Source of the DNA: an uncultured Pseudomonadales bacterium
GTDB taxonomy: Bacteria; Pseudomonadota; Gammaproteobacteria; Pseudomonadales; UBA7434
Direction of reading: 5' to 3'
Assembly: GCA_905478995.1 (NCBI GenBank)
Contig: CAJQKT010000015.1
Span: forward strand, 5,902-69,901
Length of the DNA: 64,000 nucleotides
The position numbers and the translations under genes are program-made. Below are positions 1 to 9,990 of this stretch, piece after piece. Below the pieces are notes generated by a model. That model was not told the origin of the DNA. It worked only from the letters and a program-made list of their open reading frames with translations, and did no database searches. Each line of letters begins with the position of its first letter. Position 1 is the stretch's first letter.

Positions 1-2
1 AG

Positions 3-479
3 CATATGCTCGATCAGATAGGCCGTCATGGCCTGATCGATATGCAAATCAAAGCCGCTGGTGATTTACACATTGATGACCATCACACGGTTGAAGACGT
101 GGGCATTACCTTAGGCCAAGCTTTTACTAAAGCCCTGGGCGATAAAAAAGGTATTCGTCGATATGGCCATGCCTATGTGCCGCTGGATGAAGCGTTGTCA
201 CGCGTGGTGCTCGATATTTCAGGCCGGCCAGGGTTGACGTTTAATGTGCCTTTTACACGCTCATCGGTGGGCGGTTTTGATGTTGATTTATTTCACGAGT
301 TCTTTCAGGGCTTTACTAATCATGCCTTGGTTACGTTACACGTTGACTGCTTGCGCGGAGAAAACTCGCACCATCAAATCGAAACCGTGTTTAAGGCATT
401 TGGTCGAGCATTGAGAATGGCACTCGAGCCAGATCCACGAATGCTTGGTGTTATGCCATCGACTAAGGGCACGTTGTAG
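3..479 (+). CDS. hisB: imidazoleglycerol-phosphate dehydratase, C-terminal part (5' end lies outside the window)
   Basis: The translation carries IGPD hallmarks: [20 protein letters not shown] and ENSHHQIE. The frame is open to the window edge. hisH-hisA-hisF follow. Confidence 0.93.
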   Translation, partial: HMLDQIGRHGLIDMQIKAAGDLHIDDHHTVEDVGITLGQAFTKALGDKKGIRRYGHAYVPLDEALSRVVLDISGRPGLTFNVPFTRSSVGGFDVDLFHEFFQGFTNHALVTLHVDCLRGENSHHQIETVFKAFGRALRMALEPDPRMLGVMPSTKGTL

Positions 480-652
480 GTTCCACGCTGCCTCTTAAAA
501 GGCATGCTATTTTTAATACACTCTGCTCGGCACGTCTTTATATGAGCTGCGCTAAGCCAAAAACTTGAGGTGCTTGCCTCACTGAGGCTACTGCGTTAGC
601 GGTACTATGAGTCGCCGCTTACATATTACGTTAGTTTTTCCGGAAGTTTCAC

Positions 653-1327
653 ATGACCACAGCCGTTGATGTCGCGGTAATTGACTATGGTATGGGTAAT
701 TTGCACTCGGTGGCAAAGGCTCTGCAGCGGGTTGCGCCCAAAGCAAATGTTTGGGTCGGCGATGACCCCGCTATCATTCGTCGTGCGACTCGCGTTGTCT
801 ACCCGGGCGTAGGCGCTATCCGTGATTGTATGGGTGAGGTGCGGCGCAGGGGCCTTGATGAGGTGATAGTTGAAGTGGCACGGAGTAAACCCTTACTAGG
901 TATCTGCGTAGGTATGCAGGGCTTAATGCATCACTCTAGCGAGAATAACGGTATCGATTGCCTTGATGTGTTTCCCGATGAGGTGGTTTTTTTTGGTGAT
1001 GCATTTGCCAAGGACGCTTGCCTTAGTAGTGCGCAACAGCGGTTGAAAGTGCCTCACATGGGCTGGAATACGGTGCAACAGTGCCATCCACATCCATTGT
1101 GGAAGGGCATCAAAAATAACGCTCGTTTTTATTTTGTGCACAGTTATTTTGTTGGCGCTAAAAGCTGTTTGTCTACAGTGGGAATAACGCAGTATGGCCT
1201 AGATATAGCAGCTGCAATAGCGCGAGATAATATTTTTGCGGTGCAGTTTCATCCAGAAAAAAGCCATCGTGATGGCCTACAACTTCTTGATAATTTTATG
1301 CAGTGGGACGGAAACTATTCATGCTGA
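653..1327 (+). CDS. hisH: imidazole glycerol phosphate synthase, glutamine amidotransferase subunit
   Basis: 224 aa. Contains [11 protein letters not shown], the nucleophile-elbow motif GICVGMQ and the C-terminal [10 protein letters not shown] triad region. Sits in his operon context. Confidence 0.93.
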   Translation: MTTAVDVAVIDYGMGNLHSVAKALQRVAPKANVWVGDDPAIIRRATRVVYPGVGAIRDCMGEVRRRGLDEVIVEVARSKPLLGICVGMQGLMHHSSENNGIDCLDVFPDEVVFFGDAFAKDACLSSAQQRLKVPHMGWNTVQQCHPHPLWKGIKNNARFYFVHSYFVGAKSCLSTVGITQYGLDIAAAIARDNIFAVQFHPEKSHRDGLQLLDNFMQWDGNYSC

Positions 1328-2073
1328 TTATTCCAGCGATTGATTTAAAAGACGGGCAATGCGTGCGCCTCAAGCAGGGTGTTATGGAAGATTCTACGGT
1401 ATTTTCTGATGACCCTGTAGCAATGGCTGAGCGCTGGGTGGCGGCTGGCGCTCGACGTTTGCATTTGGTTGATCTGAATGGTGCGTTTGATGGAGTGCCT
1501 GTTAATGATGCTGCGGTAAAAGCTATTGCGGCGGCTTATCCCGATTTACCGATACAGATAGGCGGCGGCATTCGCTCACTTAAAACGATTGAAACTTATT
1601 TGTTAGCCGGTGTTAATTATTTAATTATTGGCACCCAGGCGGTTAAGCAGCCGGAGTTTGTTAGCGAGGCTTGTAAGGCTTTTCCCGGTCATATTATTGT
1701 CGGACTCGATGCTAAGGCCGGGCTTGTGGCGACCGATGGATGGGCCGAGGTTTCAACGGTGCAGGCAACTGATTTGGCAAAACAATTCGAACAGGCCGGG
1801 GTGTCGGCTATTGTCTATACCGATATCAGTCGTGATGGAATGATGCAGGGCGTTAATGTCGAGGCGACAGTGGCTATGGCTGAGGCATCGAGTATTCCGG
1901 TGATCGCTTCAGGCGGCATTACTAATATGCAGGATATCGTTGCATTGCGAGCAGTCGCCAGGCCCGGCGATGATTTAGATGCCGGCGCCGGTATTATTGG
2001 CGCGATAACGGGCCGCGCTATTTATGAGGGCACGCTCGACGTTGCCGAGGCGCAAAATTATTGCGACCAATAA
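1321..2073 (+). CDS. hisA: 1-(5-phosphoribosyl)-5-[(5-phosphoribosylamino)methylideneamino]imidazole-4-carboxamide isomerase
   Basis: The N-terminus [17 protein letters not shown] is typical of HisA. The ATG at 1321 overlaps the hisH stop (ATGCTGA), consistent with translational coupling. The ORF-track start at 1303 is probably too far upstream. Confidence 0.92.
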   Translation: MLIIPAIDLKDGQCVRLKQGVMEDSTVFSDDPVAMAERWVAAGARRLHLVDLNGAFDGVPVNDAAVKAIAAAYPDLPIQIGGGIRSLKTIETYLLAGVNYLIIGTQAVKQPEFVSEACKAFPGHIIVGLDAKAGLVATDGWAEVSTVQATDLAKQFEQAGVSAIVYTDISRDGMMQGVNVEATVAMAEASSIPVIASGGITNMQDIVALRAVARPGDDLDAGAGIIGAITGRAIYEGTLDVAEAQNYCDQ

Positions 2074-2144
2074 GTGTGTTGGCCTAATGGCCCTATATAA
2101 TGACCTACGTGTCTTTGCTATCCACTGTTAAATAGATTTCTCTT

Positions 2145-2945
2145 ATGCCGCTCGCCAAACGCATTATTCCTTGTCTTGATGTCGATAACGGTCGTGTTGT
2201 CAAAGGTGTTCAATTCGTTGATATACGCGATGCTGGCGACCCTGTTGAGGTGGCCCGTCGCTATAATGAGCAAGGCGCTGATGAAATTACTTTTCTCGAT
2301 ATTACCGCCAGCCACGAAGGTCGCGATACAACGCTTCATACGGTAGAGCGTATGGCCAGTGAAGTGTTTATTCCGCTCACCGTTGGTGGCGGTGTGCGTG
2401 AGCTCGAAGACATTCGGCGGCTATTAAATGCGGGCGCCGATAAAGTGGCTATTAATACAGCCGCTATTTTTAATCCAGAATTTGTTCGAGAAGCTGCTGA
2501 GCGATTTGGTTCGCAGTGCATTGTGGTGGCTATTGATGCCAAGCAAGTCAGTGCTCCGAGCTATGCGCATGCCAATGATCAGCTGGGTAGCGGTGGGCGT
2601 TGGGAGATTTTTACCCATGGTGGCCGCAAGCCTACTGGCCTTGATGCGGTTGAGTGGGCCGTTAAAATGGTGGGTTATGGCGCGGGTGAAATACTGTTAA
2701 CCAGTATGGATCAAGATGGCGTGAAGCAAGGTTTTGATCTGGCACTGACGCACCGCGTGTGTGCCGCGGTTAATGTTCCTGTTATTGCTTCGGGGGGTGT
2801 TGGCAACTTACAGCATTTAGCCGAGGGCGTGAGTGTTGGCGGTGCGGATGCAGTGCTCGCCGCCAGCATTTTCCATTTTGGTGAATACACCGTCGCCCAG
2901 GCTAAGCAGTATATGGCCGAGCGCGGTATTGAGATGAGATTGTAG
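2145..2945 (+). CDS. hisF: imidazole glycerol phosphate synthase, cyclase subunit
   Basis: 266 aa. Contains [16 protein letters not shown], the phosphate-binding GADKV and ASGGVG motifs. Carries a short insertion ([16 protein letters not shown]) relative to the usual HisF. Confidence 0.93.
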   Translation: MPLAKRIIPCLDVDNGRVVKGVQFVDIRDAGDPVEVARRYNEQGADEITFLDITASHEGRDTTLHTVERMASEVFIPLTVGGGVRELEDIRRLLNAGADKVAINTAAIFNPEFVREAAERFGSQCIVVAIDAKQVSAPSYAHANDQLGSGGRWEIFTHGGRKPTGLDAVEWAVKMVGYGAGEILLTSMDQDGVKQGFDLALTHRVCAAVNVPVIASGGVGNLQHLAEGVSVGGADAVLAASIFHFGEYTVAQAKQYMAERGIEMRL

Positions 2946-3026
2946 TTGATCGGTGCAAAGTATTGCGGTGTCAAGCGCTGAGTGCGCGGCCGCCAAAGGG
3001 TGTGCTGAGTTTAGCTGAGCCTTAGC

Positions 3027-3254
3027 TTAGCTTTGCATTGCAGTAACGAGTTTGGCTTTGATTCTGGGTTTCGCTAAGGCCATGAAATCTAGGTAGTCAT
3101 CCAGCCCCATATTAGCCGACTCTAGAGTGGCAAATGGGCCTACCGAAGAACCTTCACGCGTGGCAAAAAACCATTCGCTACTCATTGAATAAAAGCGTTC
3201 GCAGCGGCCTGGTACCGAGCCGTTTTCGCCTTTTCTATATGCTAGTGTGCTCAT
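3027..3254 (-). CDS. small conserved hypothetical protein (75 aa; possibly DUF6316-like)
   Basis: ATG-initiated ORF with a W-F-F-A-T-R-E-G-x-x-x-G-P-F segment that I associate with a small gammaproteobacterial protein family. No function can be inferred. Confidence 0.5.
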   Translation of the reverse strand: MSTLAYRKGENGSVPGRCERFYSMSSEWFFATREGSSVGPFATLESANMGLDDYLDFMALAKPRIKAKLVTAMQS

Positions 3255-3454
3255 AGCGTCAATTGATCCTGGTGGCCGAATGTTCGGGCTTTAGGTGGGT
3301 TTGTGCCGTGATTGTACTTGAAAACCGGTAAAGAAATATATTCAAAATGCCTCAAAACCGCCGACTCGCCTTAGTTTGGATGCTGCAATCGGTACATAGA
3401 CTGTTTATCCGCTATTTGGGCGGATATAAATGGAGTGATGAGTCAGGTTAGACG

Positions 3455-4279
3455 TTATTGCAGGGCGAGTTGCTTGGCCGCCTGCCGGTAGTTGATTGCC
3501 TCGCTAGCTCGCACTAGTGTGTAGCCTTGCCGGCTGAGTACGGGCAACTGCTGCTCCAAAAAATCCAATGTTGATCGATAGGGGTGAGCAATAATCACCG
3601 CTATACCGTCTTGCCGCGCCATGCGCTTGGCCTTGTTAAAAGCGGCTTGAATAGCAGCTGGCGCAGGATCATGGTCGAGAAATATATCGCGTGCAATGTA
3701 GGGTACTTGGCTATTAATAGCCGCCGCAGAGGCCTGGCCGTTAGTGACCGTTTTGCTATCGATATAGTAATACCCTTGCCGGGCCAATTCGGTCATCAGC
3801 CAATGCATTTGACTAGGAAGTGTCGTCAAATAACTCCCCATATGGTTGCTTAGGCCGCGAGCATGCGGGACGTGTTCTAGTGCTGAGCGAACAGCCGCCA
3901 AAAATTCAGTTTTGTCGAGTCCTGCCACTAATCCTCCCGGCCCTAGCTTATTGCCCAGCTGGGATTCCATTGGCATGTGTACAATAATTTCTTTATTTGA
4001 GCGCGAGCTTATGGCTTGGCGAGCTAAACGTTCAGCTACTGGTGTATGTGGGAGGATGGCGTAGGTAATAGCGCCGGGAAGGTCAATGGCGCGCTGACCT
4101 AGCGGTAAGTTGTAGCCAATGTCATCTATGATGATAGCAAGACGCGCGCCCGATGAAGCCGGGGAAATAACAGTGGTGTTTTCATGTTGGTTATTTTGAG
4201 CTTGTGCACACGCCAAATATAAGAAGGCTATGCCGCTCCATAAATACTGTACACCCCAGCTCAAACCACGACGCGGCAT
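3455..4279 (-). CDS. yibQ: divergent polysaccharide deacetylase family protein (YibQ-like)
   Basis: 274 aa with an N-terminal signal/TM segment and a LAIIIDDIGY motif. Conserved position downstream of ctpA and envC. Confidence 0.8.
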   Translation of the reverse strand: MPRRGLSWGVQYLWSGIAFLYLACAQAQNNQHENTTVISPASSGARLAIIIDDIGYNLPLGQRAIDLPGAITYAILPHTPVAERLARQAISSRSNKEIIVHMPMESQLGNKLGPGGLVAGLDKTEFLAAVRSALEHVPHARGLSNHMGSYLTTLPSQMHWLMTELARQGYYYIDSKTVTNGQASAAAINSQVPYIARDIFLDHDPAPAAIQAAFNKAKRMARQDGIAVIIAHPYRSTLDFLEQQLPVLSRQGYTLVRASEAINYRQAAKQLALQ

Positions 4280-4351
4280 AACGCAATAACCTCTAATTTT
4301 TACAACACAGTTTTAAAATTTGGCTGACTTGTATGTAAAGTCCCAGGCGCG

Positions 4352-5713
4352 CTAACTATCGTCAGAGTTAGCCGAGATAGTTGGTTGAGAGCCGCGCTGG
4401 CTAAGTATATGTAGTCCTTTGAGCAGCGTGATGGCTTCATGCAGTTGCGCATCATTAGTGACAGCTTTTTGGGCATCTGTGCGCTTAGAGTTTTTTGTAT
4501 TGGCTTGATCGGCGCTGTCAGTGCCACCGTTTTGGAGGTGTCTGGGCAGGTCGGCTTCGGTAACTTGTACGCGACTTTTAAGCGGCGTGAATTTGCCTCG
4601 TTCGACAATAATATCAGGCACGATGCCTTGAGCCTGTATCGAGCGACCATTGGGCGTAAAGTAGCGCGCCGTGGTTAATTTCATGCCATGAGTTTCAGAC
4701 AGTGGGATGACCGACTGTACCGAGCCCTTGCCAAAACTGGTTGTACCTAACACGATAGCGCGCTTGTGATCTTGTAGGGCGCCAGCCACAATTTCGGACG
4801 CTGATGCCGAGCCGCCGTTGATTAGAATTACCAGCGGTACATCGAGAGCCGTTGCTTCGCCGCTTGCGACAAACCGCGTCGCAGACGTTTGAATTCGGCC
4901 CTCGGTATAAACAATTAAACCTTCGCTGATAAAGGTATCCACCACATCAACAGCCGCTTGCAGCACACCGCCAGGATTATTGCGTAAATCCAGCACAATG
5001 CCGTTGGGCGCCTGCGCTTGTGTGGCTTGATCAATCACTTTGCGCAAATCGACACCGGTATTGGCTTGGAACTGAGCAATTCGCAAATATAAATAGTCTT
5101 TTTCAAGAACCTTGCTGCGAACGCTTACCACTGAAATTACAGCGCGCTCGAGGCTGAATTCAAGTGGTTGTGCATTGCCCTCTCGCGCTACCGTCAGTTC
5201 AATCGAGGTGCCAATTTTGCCGCGCATGAGTTTAACGGCTTCATTGAGGCTCAAACCTTTGACCGGCTTGTTGTCTATTTTTACGATTAAATCACCGCTT
5301 TCAATACCGGCTTTTTGTGCGGGCGTATCGTCAATAGGCGATATGACTTTTACGAATCCATCTTCCATGCCCACTTCAAGGCCAAGACCACCGAACTCAC
5401 CGGTAGCGCTCACCTGTAAGTTTTTGTAGGTTTGTGGCGCTAAATAATTCGAATGAGGGTCAAGCTCGGTCAGCATACCTTTAATGGCATTTTCTAATAA
5501 TGTTTTGTCATCCACTTCTTCTACATAAGTGTTGCGAATTTGGGTGAAGGCATTGACGAAAGCCTGCAATTCTTTGAGCGCTAAAGTGCCGTTAATAGCG
5601 GGCTCTTCTTGCTGAGCGATAGATGGGATGACTAGCCCGATATAGCAAGTAATGAATAGCGCAAGGCGCAGGGTTACGTTGGGCAATAAGAGAAGCATTC
5701 GAAATAATGTCAT
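4352..5713 (-). CDS. ctpA: carboxy-terminal processing protease (peptidase S41)
   Basis: Has a signal peptide, a PDZ region (GGLGLEV..., GDLIVKIDNKP) and an S41 catalytic region (GGSASASEI ... TTSFGKGSVQ). The ATG at 5713 is preferred over the TTG at 5725. Confidence 0.9.
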   Translation of the reverse strand: MTLFRMLLLLPNVTLRLALFITCYIGLVIPSIAQQEEPAINGTLALKELQAFVNAFTQIRNTYVEEVDDKTLLENAIKGMLTELDPHSNYLAPQTYKNLQVSATGEFGGLGLEVGMEDGFVKVISPIDDTPAQKAGIESGDLIVKIDNKPVKGLSLNEAVKLMRGKIGTSIELTVAREGNAQPLEFSLERAVISVVSVRSKVLEKDYLYLRIAQFQANTGVDLRKVIDQATQAQAPNGIVLDLRNNPGGVLQAAVDVVDTFISEGLIVYTEGRIQTSATRFVASGEATALDVPLVILINGGSASASEIVAGALQDHKRAIVLGTTSFGKGSVQSVIPLSETHGMKLTTARYFTPNGRSIQAQGIVPDIIVERGKFTPLKSRVQVTEADLPRHLQNGGTDSADQANTKNSKRTDAQKAVTNDAQLHEAITLLKGLHILSQRGSQPTISANSDDS

Positions 5714-6076
5714 TGCAGGGCTCAAGGTAAGTTGGCGCAGCTAAGAGCATGCGCTCAATGGAACTATAAATGTGCGCAACCTGTTTTGGCTATGCGCAAG
5801 CAGTTTAAGTGCGTTGTAAGGCGATGATAAAAGCGGCTTAGTGCTTGCAACATCGATGCTATTTGTAGGTATTCTTCAACTATATGGGGGCGCGCTAGGG
5901 TAGCACTCTTAGTTTTTTTAACTCCCCCCGGTGCATCATCTCTTCGTGGTCAATCATACCTTTAACCCCGCTTTTTTGCGACCATCTACCTGGGTCTTTT
6001 GCGGCTGACATCCTGAGACAGCTAAAAATAATCGCTCAGCCGGTAGGCTTATCATTAACGACATGAGAGCGTGTAT

Positions 6077-7408
6077 TTAGCCTTTGCGGCACCACAGAGC
6101 CGGGTCGTTGGGTTTACCGTGTTGACGGATTTCGAAATACAAGGCGGGCATACTCTGGCCCCCGCTATTGCCAACTGTGGCGATGGCTTCGCCGGCATTC
6201 ACTCTAGCGCCTACTGGCTTGAGCAAGCTTTGATTGCGCCCATACAGACTCCAATAGCCCTCGCCATGATCTACGATGGTAAGTAACCCTTGACCGGCAA
6301 ACCAGTCGGCAAATATCACTCTGCCGGGGTAGATAGCCTGCACTATTGAGCCACTAGGGGCGGCAATGGTTACGCCCTGTGCTGCGCTATCAGCGTCGCT
6401 GCGGGTCTTGCCAAATCGATGTTGCCGCGTTCCTTTAACGGGCCAAGGCAGTTGACCCTTGGCAGAGCCAAATTGACTCGGCTGCTCGTAAATCATGATC
6501 GACTTTGATGTGAGGTCGGCTTCATCGGTCCGAGCTTGGCTCGATGATGCGGCGATCATAGATTCCTGCCAGAGCTTATTCATTTCTCCAATTAGTGTTT
6601 GCAACGCACTATGATCTTGCTCTAGTGCAAGTCGTTGCTCGTCGGCGCTTCCTATTTCGCTCTGCAATTTTTGCAGTAGCTGTTGGCGAGACGTTTGCAT
6701 TTTTGTCAGCTTGCTGTGCTGTTTGGCCAGTAGCGTTTGATTGTTATGCAGTTGCTGCTGTTTATTTTCAATCTTCTCGCTGACCGTTTCTTTGCGCGCA
6801 ATAATTGTCGCATAGCCTTTAATAAGCTGCGTGCGGGCACGATTCATGCGCTCGAGATATTGCAGTTGGCGATCAAGCTCGGCAGGACTGCTTTCGCTAA
6901 AAAATAAGCTGAGCGCGCTTTGATCACCCGCTCGGTAGGCTTTACTTAAATGTTCGCCAATTACAGCGCGCTGGGTATCACGTTGTTGTTCGAGTGACTC
7001 GAGCTCGCCACTTAATTGCAGCAATTGTTGATCTAATTGTTGCTGTTGTTGGGTGAGCTGATACCCCGCGGCAACAAGCTCGCCAATCTTGAGCTCGCCT
7101 TGGCGAAACTTTTTTTGAGTTGAGGTTTTTTTGCCCTGCTTTTTGATGATTTTCTTTTTAATTTTTTCAACACTTAGCGCAAGCTGCTGTAACTCTTTTT
7201 TGCGCAGGTCTAGCTCCTCGTTTTGCTGGGCTAAGCTTGCTGCGGGCAGCAAAACAGCAAGGCAAAGGCATGCAACGATCTGCTGCCAGCGCTTTATCAC
7301 AGGAGGGGAGAGTAGCTCGGTGCTTGGGGCGCGTGATTCTGCACTGAGAGTTTTAGTATGGGTGGAGCCACTCATATCGCAAAATTTCGCATTGGATGTG
7401 TTCAGCAA
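6077..7408 (-). CDS. envC: murein hydrolase activator EnvC-like (coiled coil plus degenerate LytM/M23 domain)
   Basis: Long Q/L/E-rich coiled coil followed by a C-terminal M23-like domain. The usual LHFE metal-ligand His is replaced (ALYFEIRQHGKP), as in EnvC. The start could instead be the internal Met at 7375. Confidence 0.85.
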   Translation of the reverse strand: MLNTSNAKFCDMSGSTHTKTLSAESRAPSTELLSPPVIKRWQQIVACLCLAVLLPAASLAQQNEELDLRKKELQQLALSVEKIKKKIIKKQGKKTSTQKKFRQGELKIGELVAAGYQLTQQQQQLDQQLLQLSGELESLEQQRDTQRAVIGEHLSKAYRAGDQSALSLFFSESSPAELDRQLQYLERMNRARTQLIKGYATIIARKETVSEKIENKQQQLHNNQTLLAKQHSKLTKMQTSRQQLLQKLQSEIGSADEQRLALEQDHSALQTLIGEMNKLWQESMIAASSSQARTDEADLTSKSIMIYEQPSQFGSAKGQLPWPVKGTRQHRFGKTRSDADSAAQGVTIAAPSGSIVQAIYPGRVIFADWFAGQGLLTIVDHGEGYWSLYGRNQSLLKPVGARVNAGEAIATVGNSGGQSMPALYFEIRQHGKPNDPALWCRKG

Positions 7409-7755
7409 AGTTTAATGGCTTGTCTTTAATCGGTCTATTAGTTGGCTGTGGTATGCGGTCAGTGTAATGGCAAGAGGCTGTTTTTTGTTGCCTCCATGCC
7501 TGGGTTTGGTGCTTGCGATGGCTTCTGTCATTGCTTGGGTCTCAGCGTATCGAGCCCGGCTTGCCAACTTTAACAAATTAGCCAGGCAATGGCTCCAAGA
7601 TTATCAATAGCGGTATTATCTGTGTGCTGCTTTAGTTTTTCCGAGCGCTAAACGCTGTTAATTAGGGCGTGATGGTAGCTAATCAATGCCACAATTTATA
7701 TGTGAGTCCTTTGGGTAGCGGTTATGTTGCGTGTATTAATGGCGCATGTGTGCAT

Positions 7756-7783
7756 GGCAAGTGTATACTTGCCGGCCTTTTTT
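7756..7783 (+). terminator. orphan intrinsic-terminator-like hairpin upstream of the rhodanese gene
   Basis: GGCAAGT-gtat-ACTTGCC stem (7 bp including the closing pair), then GGCC and T6. There is no plus-strand ORF upstream for it to terminate. Confidence 0.4.
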
Positions 7784-7846
7784 ATTAACCGCCGTGCGTG
7801 TGCCTAAGTTGCATGGCTCCCTCACTCATCGATAGTTTTATGCTCT

Positions 7847-8278
7847 ATGGAAAAAATCATTCTCTTTGCGTCCGACCAGTGGCTTTTAGTTACAGCACTT
7901 GCTGCTGCTATATGGGCTCTGGCTTGGCTTGAAAATCGGCGTGCTGGAACAAGCTTAACGCCTCATGAGTTAACCGCTATGATCAACAGTGCGAGTGCAG
8001 TGGTGGTCGATTTACGTGACAAGGCGGCTTTTGACACGGGTCATGTCGTCGACTCAGTAAATATTCCATTTAATCAGTGGCAGGCACAGCACAAGGCCGA
8101 TGGTGGTGGAGATATACAGCACTATAAGGGTAAGGCTTTGGTTTTAGTTTGCAAGCTTGGGCAGCAATCGTCCCACGTGGGTCGGCGTTTAGCGGCGGAA
8201 GATTTTGATGGTATCTATCGCCTTGGTGGCGGTATCGGCGAGTGGCAAGCGGCGCAAATGCCGCTGGTTAAGAGCTAA
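7847..8278 (+). CDS. rhodanese-like domain protein with N-terminal membrane anchor (YibN-like)
   Basis: 143 aa with an N-terminal hydrophobic helix, a rhodanese fold and the active-site loop VCKLGQQSS. Matches yibN-grxC-secB synteny. Confidence 0.8.
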   Translation: MEKIILFASDQWLLVTALAAAIWALAWLENRRAGTSLTPHELTAMINSASAVVVDLRDKAAFDTGHVVDSVNIPFNQWQAQHKADGGGDIQHYKGKALVLVCKLGQQSSHVGRRLAAEDFDGIYRLGGGIGEWQAAQMPLVKS

Positions 8279-8394
8279 TTTACAATATAACAGCGCTGAA
8301 CTCATTGGTTTGTAGCCAAGGTCCTTGGGGCAGCTTCATTCACATGTTGTGAGCTCGGTGCTAGCAAACGTAGTTGGTTGGAGATTGGCAGAGT

Positions 8395-8649
8395 ATGCAT
8401 GACATCGTTATTTATTCATCTTCCCTATGCGGCTTTTGTCACGCCGCTAAGCACTTGCTTGCCAATAAAGGCTTGGCATTTGAAGAAATTCTAGTCGACA
8501 ATCAGCCGGCATTAAGGGCTGATGTGATGCAGCGCAGCGGACAGCGCACGGTGCCTCAAATTTGGATAGGGGAGCGTCATGTGGGCGGCTATACTGATTT
8601 AGCTGAGTTGGATAAACGAGGGGAGCTTGAACAATTGCTCCATGACTAG
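8395..8649 (+). CDS. grxC: glutaredoxin 3-like protein with CGFC active site
   Basis: Contains IVIYSSSLCGFCHAAKHLLANKG and TVPQIWIG..HVGGYTDL (GSH-binding motifs). The ATG at 8395 has a GGAG about 11 nt upstream. The ORF-track TTG at 8374 is less likely. Confidence 0.88.
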   Translation: MHDIVIYSSSLCGFCHAAKHLLANKGLAFEEILVDNQPALRADVMQRSGQRTVPQIWIGERHVGGYTDLAELDKRGELEQLLHD

Positions 8650-8759
8650 TAGGGCGGTAAAGCATTGGTAGTCCGTTTTTGTTGAGCGTTTCAGCGCCCG
8701 ATCAACCGCAGCAAAAAATTCGCGTGTAAATTTTTTAATCATTGAGAAAAGAGGTAATC

Positions 8760-9260
8760 ATGGCCGAAGGTGATAATAATCCAGCTGATAGTAACCCAGG
8801 TGGGCAAGGTGCAGAGCAGCCTGCAGGGCCCCAGTTTGGTGTGACCAAAACGTTTGTAAAAGATATTTCGTTTGAAACGCCAATGGGTGTGAAAGTTTTT
8901 ACTCAGGCGTTCCAGCCAAAAATCCAGCTCGACGTCAACAGCCGAGGCAGTGCTATTGCCGATAACACCCATGAGGTGGTGCTCACCCTGACTATTACGG
9001 CGAAGATCGACGACAATACAGCTTACTTGCTGGAATTGCAGCAGGCAGGAATCTTTGCTATTTCTGGTTTTGAAGACGAGCAGTTAAAGCATGTGTTAGG
9101 CGCTATTTGTCCGAACTTCTTGTTCCCCTATGCGCGCGAAGCCGTCGATAGCATGGTTGTCCGAGGCGGTTTTCCACCGCTATCATTGGCCCCCATCGAT
9201 TTTGATGCGCTATTTCGTAATGCGCAGGCCCAAGCCACCGAAGGCCAGAAGCTCAACTAG
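8760..9260 (+). CDS. secB: protein-export chaperone SecB
   Basis: Contains TFVKDISFETP and LGAICPNFLFPYAREAVDSMVVRGGFPPLSLAPIDFDALF, both typical of SecB. A GAGG RBS precedes the ATG at 8760. Confidence 0.92.
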   Translation: MAEGDNNPADSNPGGQGAEQPAGPQFGVTKTFVKDISFETPMGVKVFTQAFQPKIQLDVNSRGSAIADNTHEVVLTLTITAKIDDNTAYLLELQQAGIFAISGFEDEQLKHVLGAICPNFLFPYAREAVDSMVVRGGFPPLSLAPIDFDALFRNAQAQATEGQKLN

Positions 9261-9355
9261 AGCTTCTGTGCAAGCTGGGCATTGGTTGGGTGCGCGCTGC
9301 GGTTGATATGGCGTGTACCTGATGCTCGATGTATTAATGGCTTGCGGTTGTTTCA

Positions 9356-9826
9356 TTACTCTGCTCCAGCAAATTCCAGCTGTCTCCAAGCCTCATAGGT
9401 CGCCACTGCTACGCTGTTAGACAAATTAAGGCTTCGGCTGCCTGCTACCATCGGTAAGCGCAGTTTTTGGGCGTCAGCTAGGGTGCTTAACAGCTGATCG
9501 GGCAAGCCGCGTGTTTCTGGACCAAAGAGCAAAAAATCGCCGTTTTTAAAGATGTTTTGATGGTAGGGTCGCGAACCTTTTGTGGTCATCGCAAAAATAC
9601 GCGAGTGATCGTTCACTATGCTATAAAAGGTCTCCATATCTGGCCAGCGCTGCACCGTTGCCCATTCCCCATAGTCGAGACCCGCACGCCGCAGACGCTT
9701 ATCTTCCCACTCAAAGCCGAGTTTGCCCACAAGGTGCAAGTGGCAGCCCGTGTTGGCACTCAGGCGAATAATATTACCGGTGTTGGGTGCAATTTCCGGC
9801 TCATATAAAACAATATTTACTGGCAT
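9356..9826 (-). CDS. trmL: tRNA (cytidine(34)-2'-O)-methyltransferase TrmL (SpoU/TrmH family)
   Basis: The N-terminus [23 protein letters not shown] closely matches TrmL/YibK. 156 aa. C-terminal [10 protein letters not shown] knot motif. Confidence 0.9.
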   Translation of the reverse strand: MPVNIVLYEPEIAPNTGNIIRLSANTGCHLHLVGKLGFEWEDKRLRRAGLDYGEWATVQRWPDMETFYSIVNDHSRIFAMTTKGSRPYHQNIFKNGDFLLFGPETRGLPDQLLSTLADAQKLRLPMVAGSRSLNLSNSVAVATYEAWRQLEFAGAE

Positions 9827-9990
9827 AGCTGGCTTCCAAGTGTGACTAGTGGACGTGTAATCGTGCCAAATATTATTCTTAGGGCGGCAGCATAATGGTA
9901 ATTATTTCCTAACAAAAGCAACTAGTTACCGAGGTTTACTCACCTATGACTACAAATATTAGTATATGCTTAGCCAAAACCTTTTTGTAG

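Noticed and set aside
480-652. 173-nt spacer between hisB and hisH as a possible regulatory RNA.
   Set aside because: I could discern no stable hairpin, terminator or conserved motif. It is likely plain intercistronic sequence, possibly with an internal promoter.
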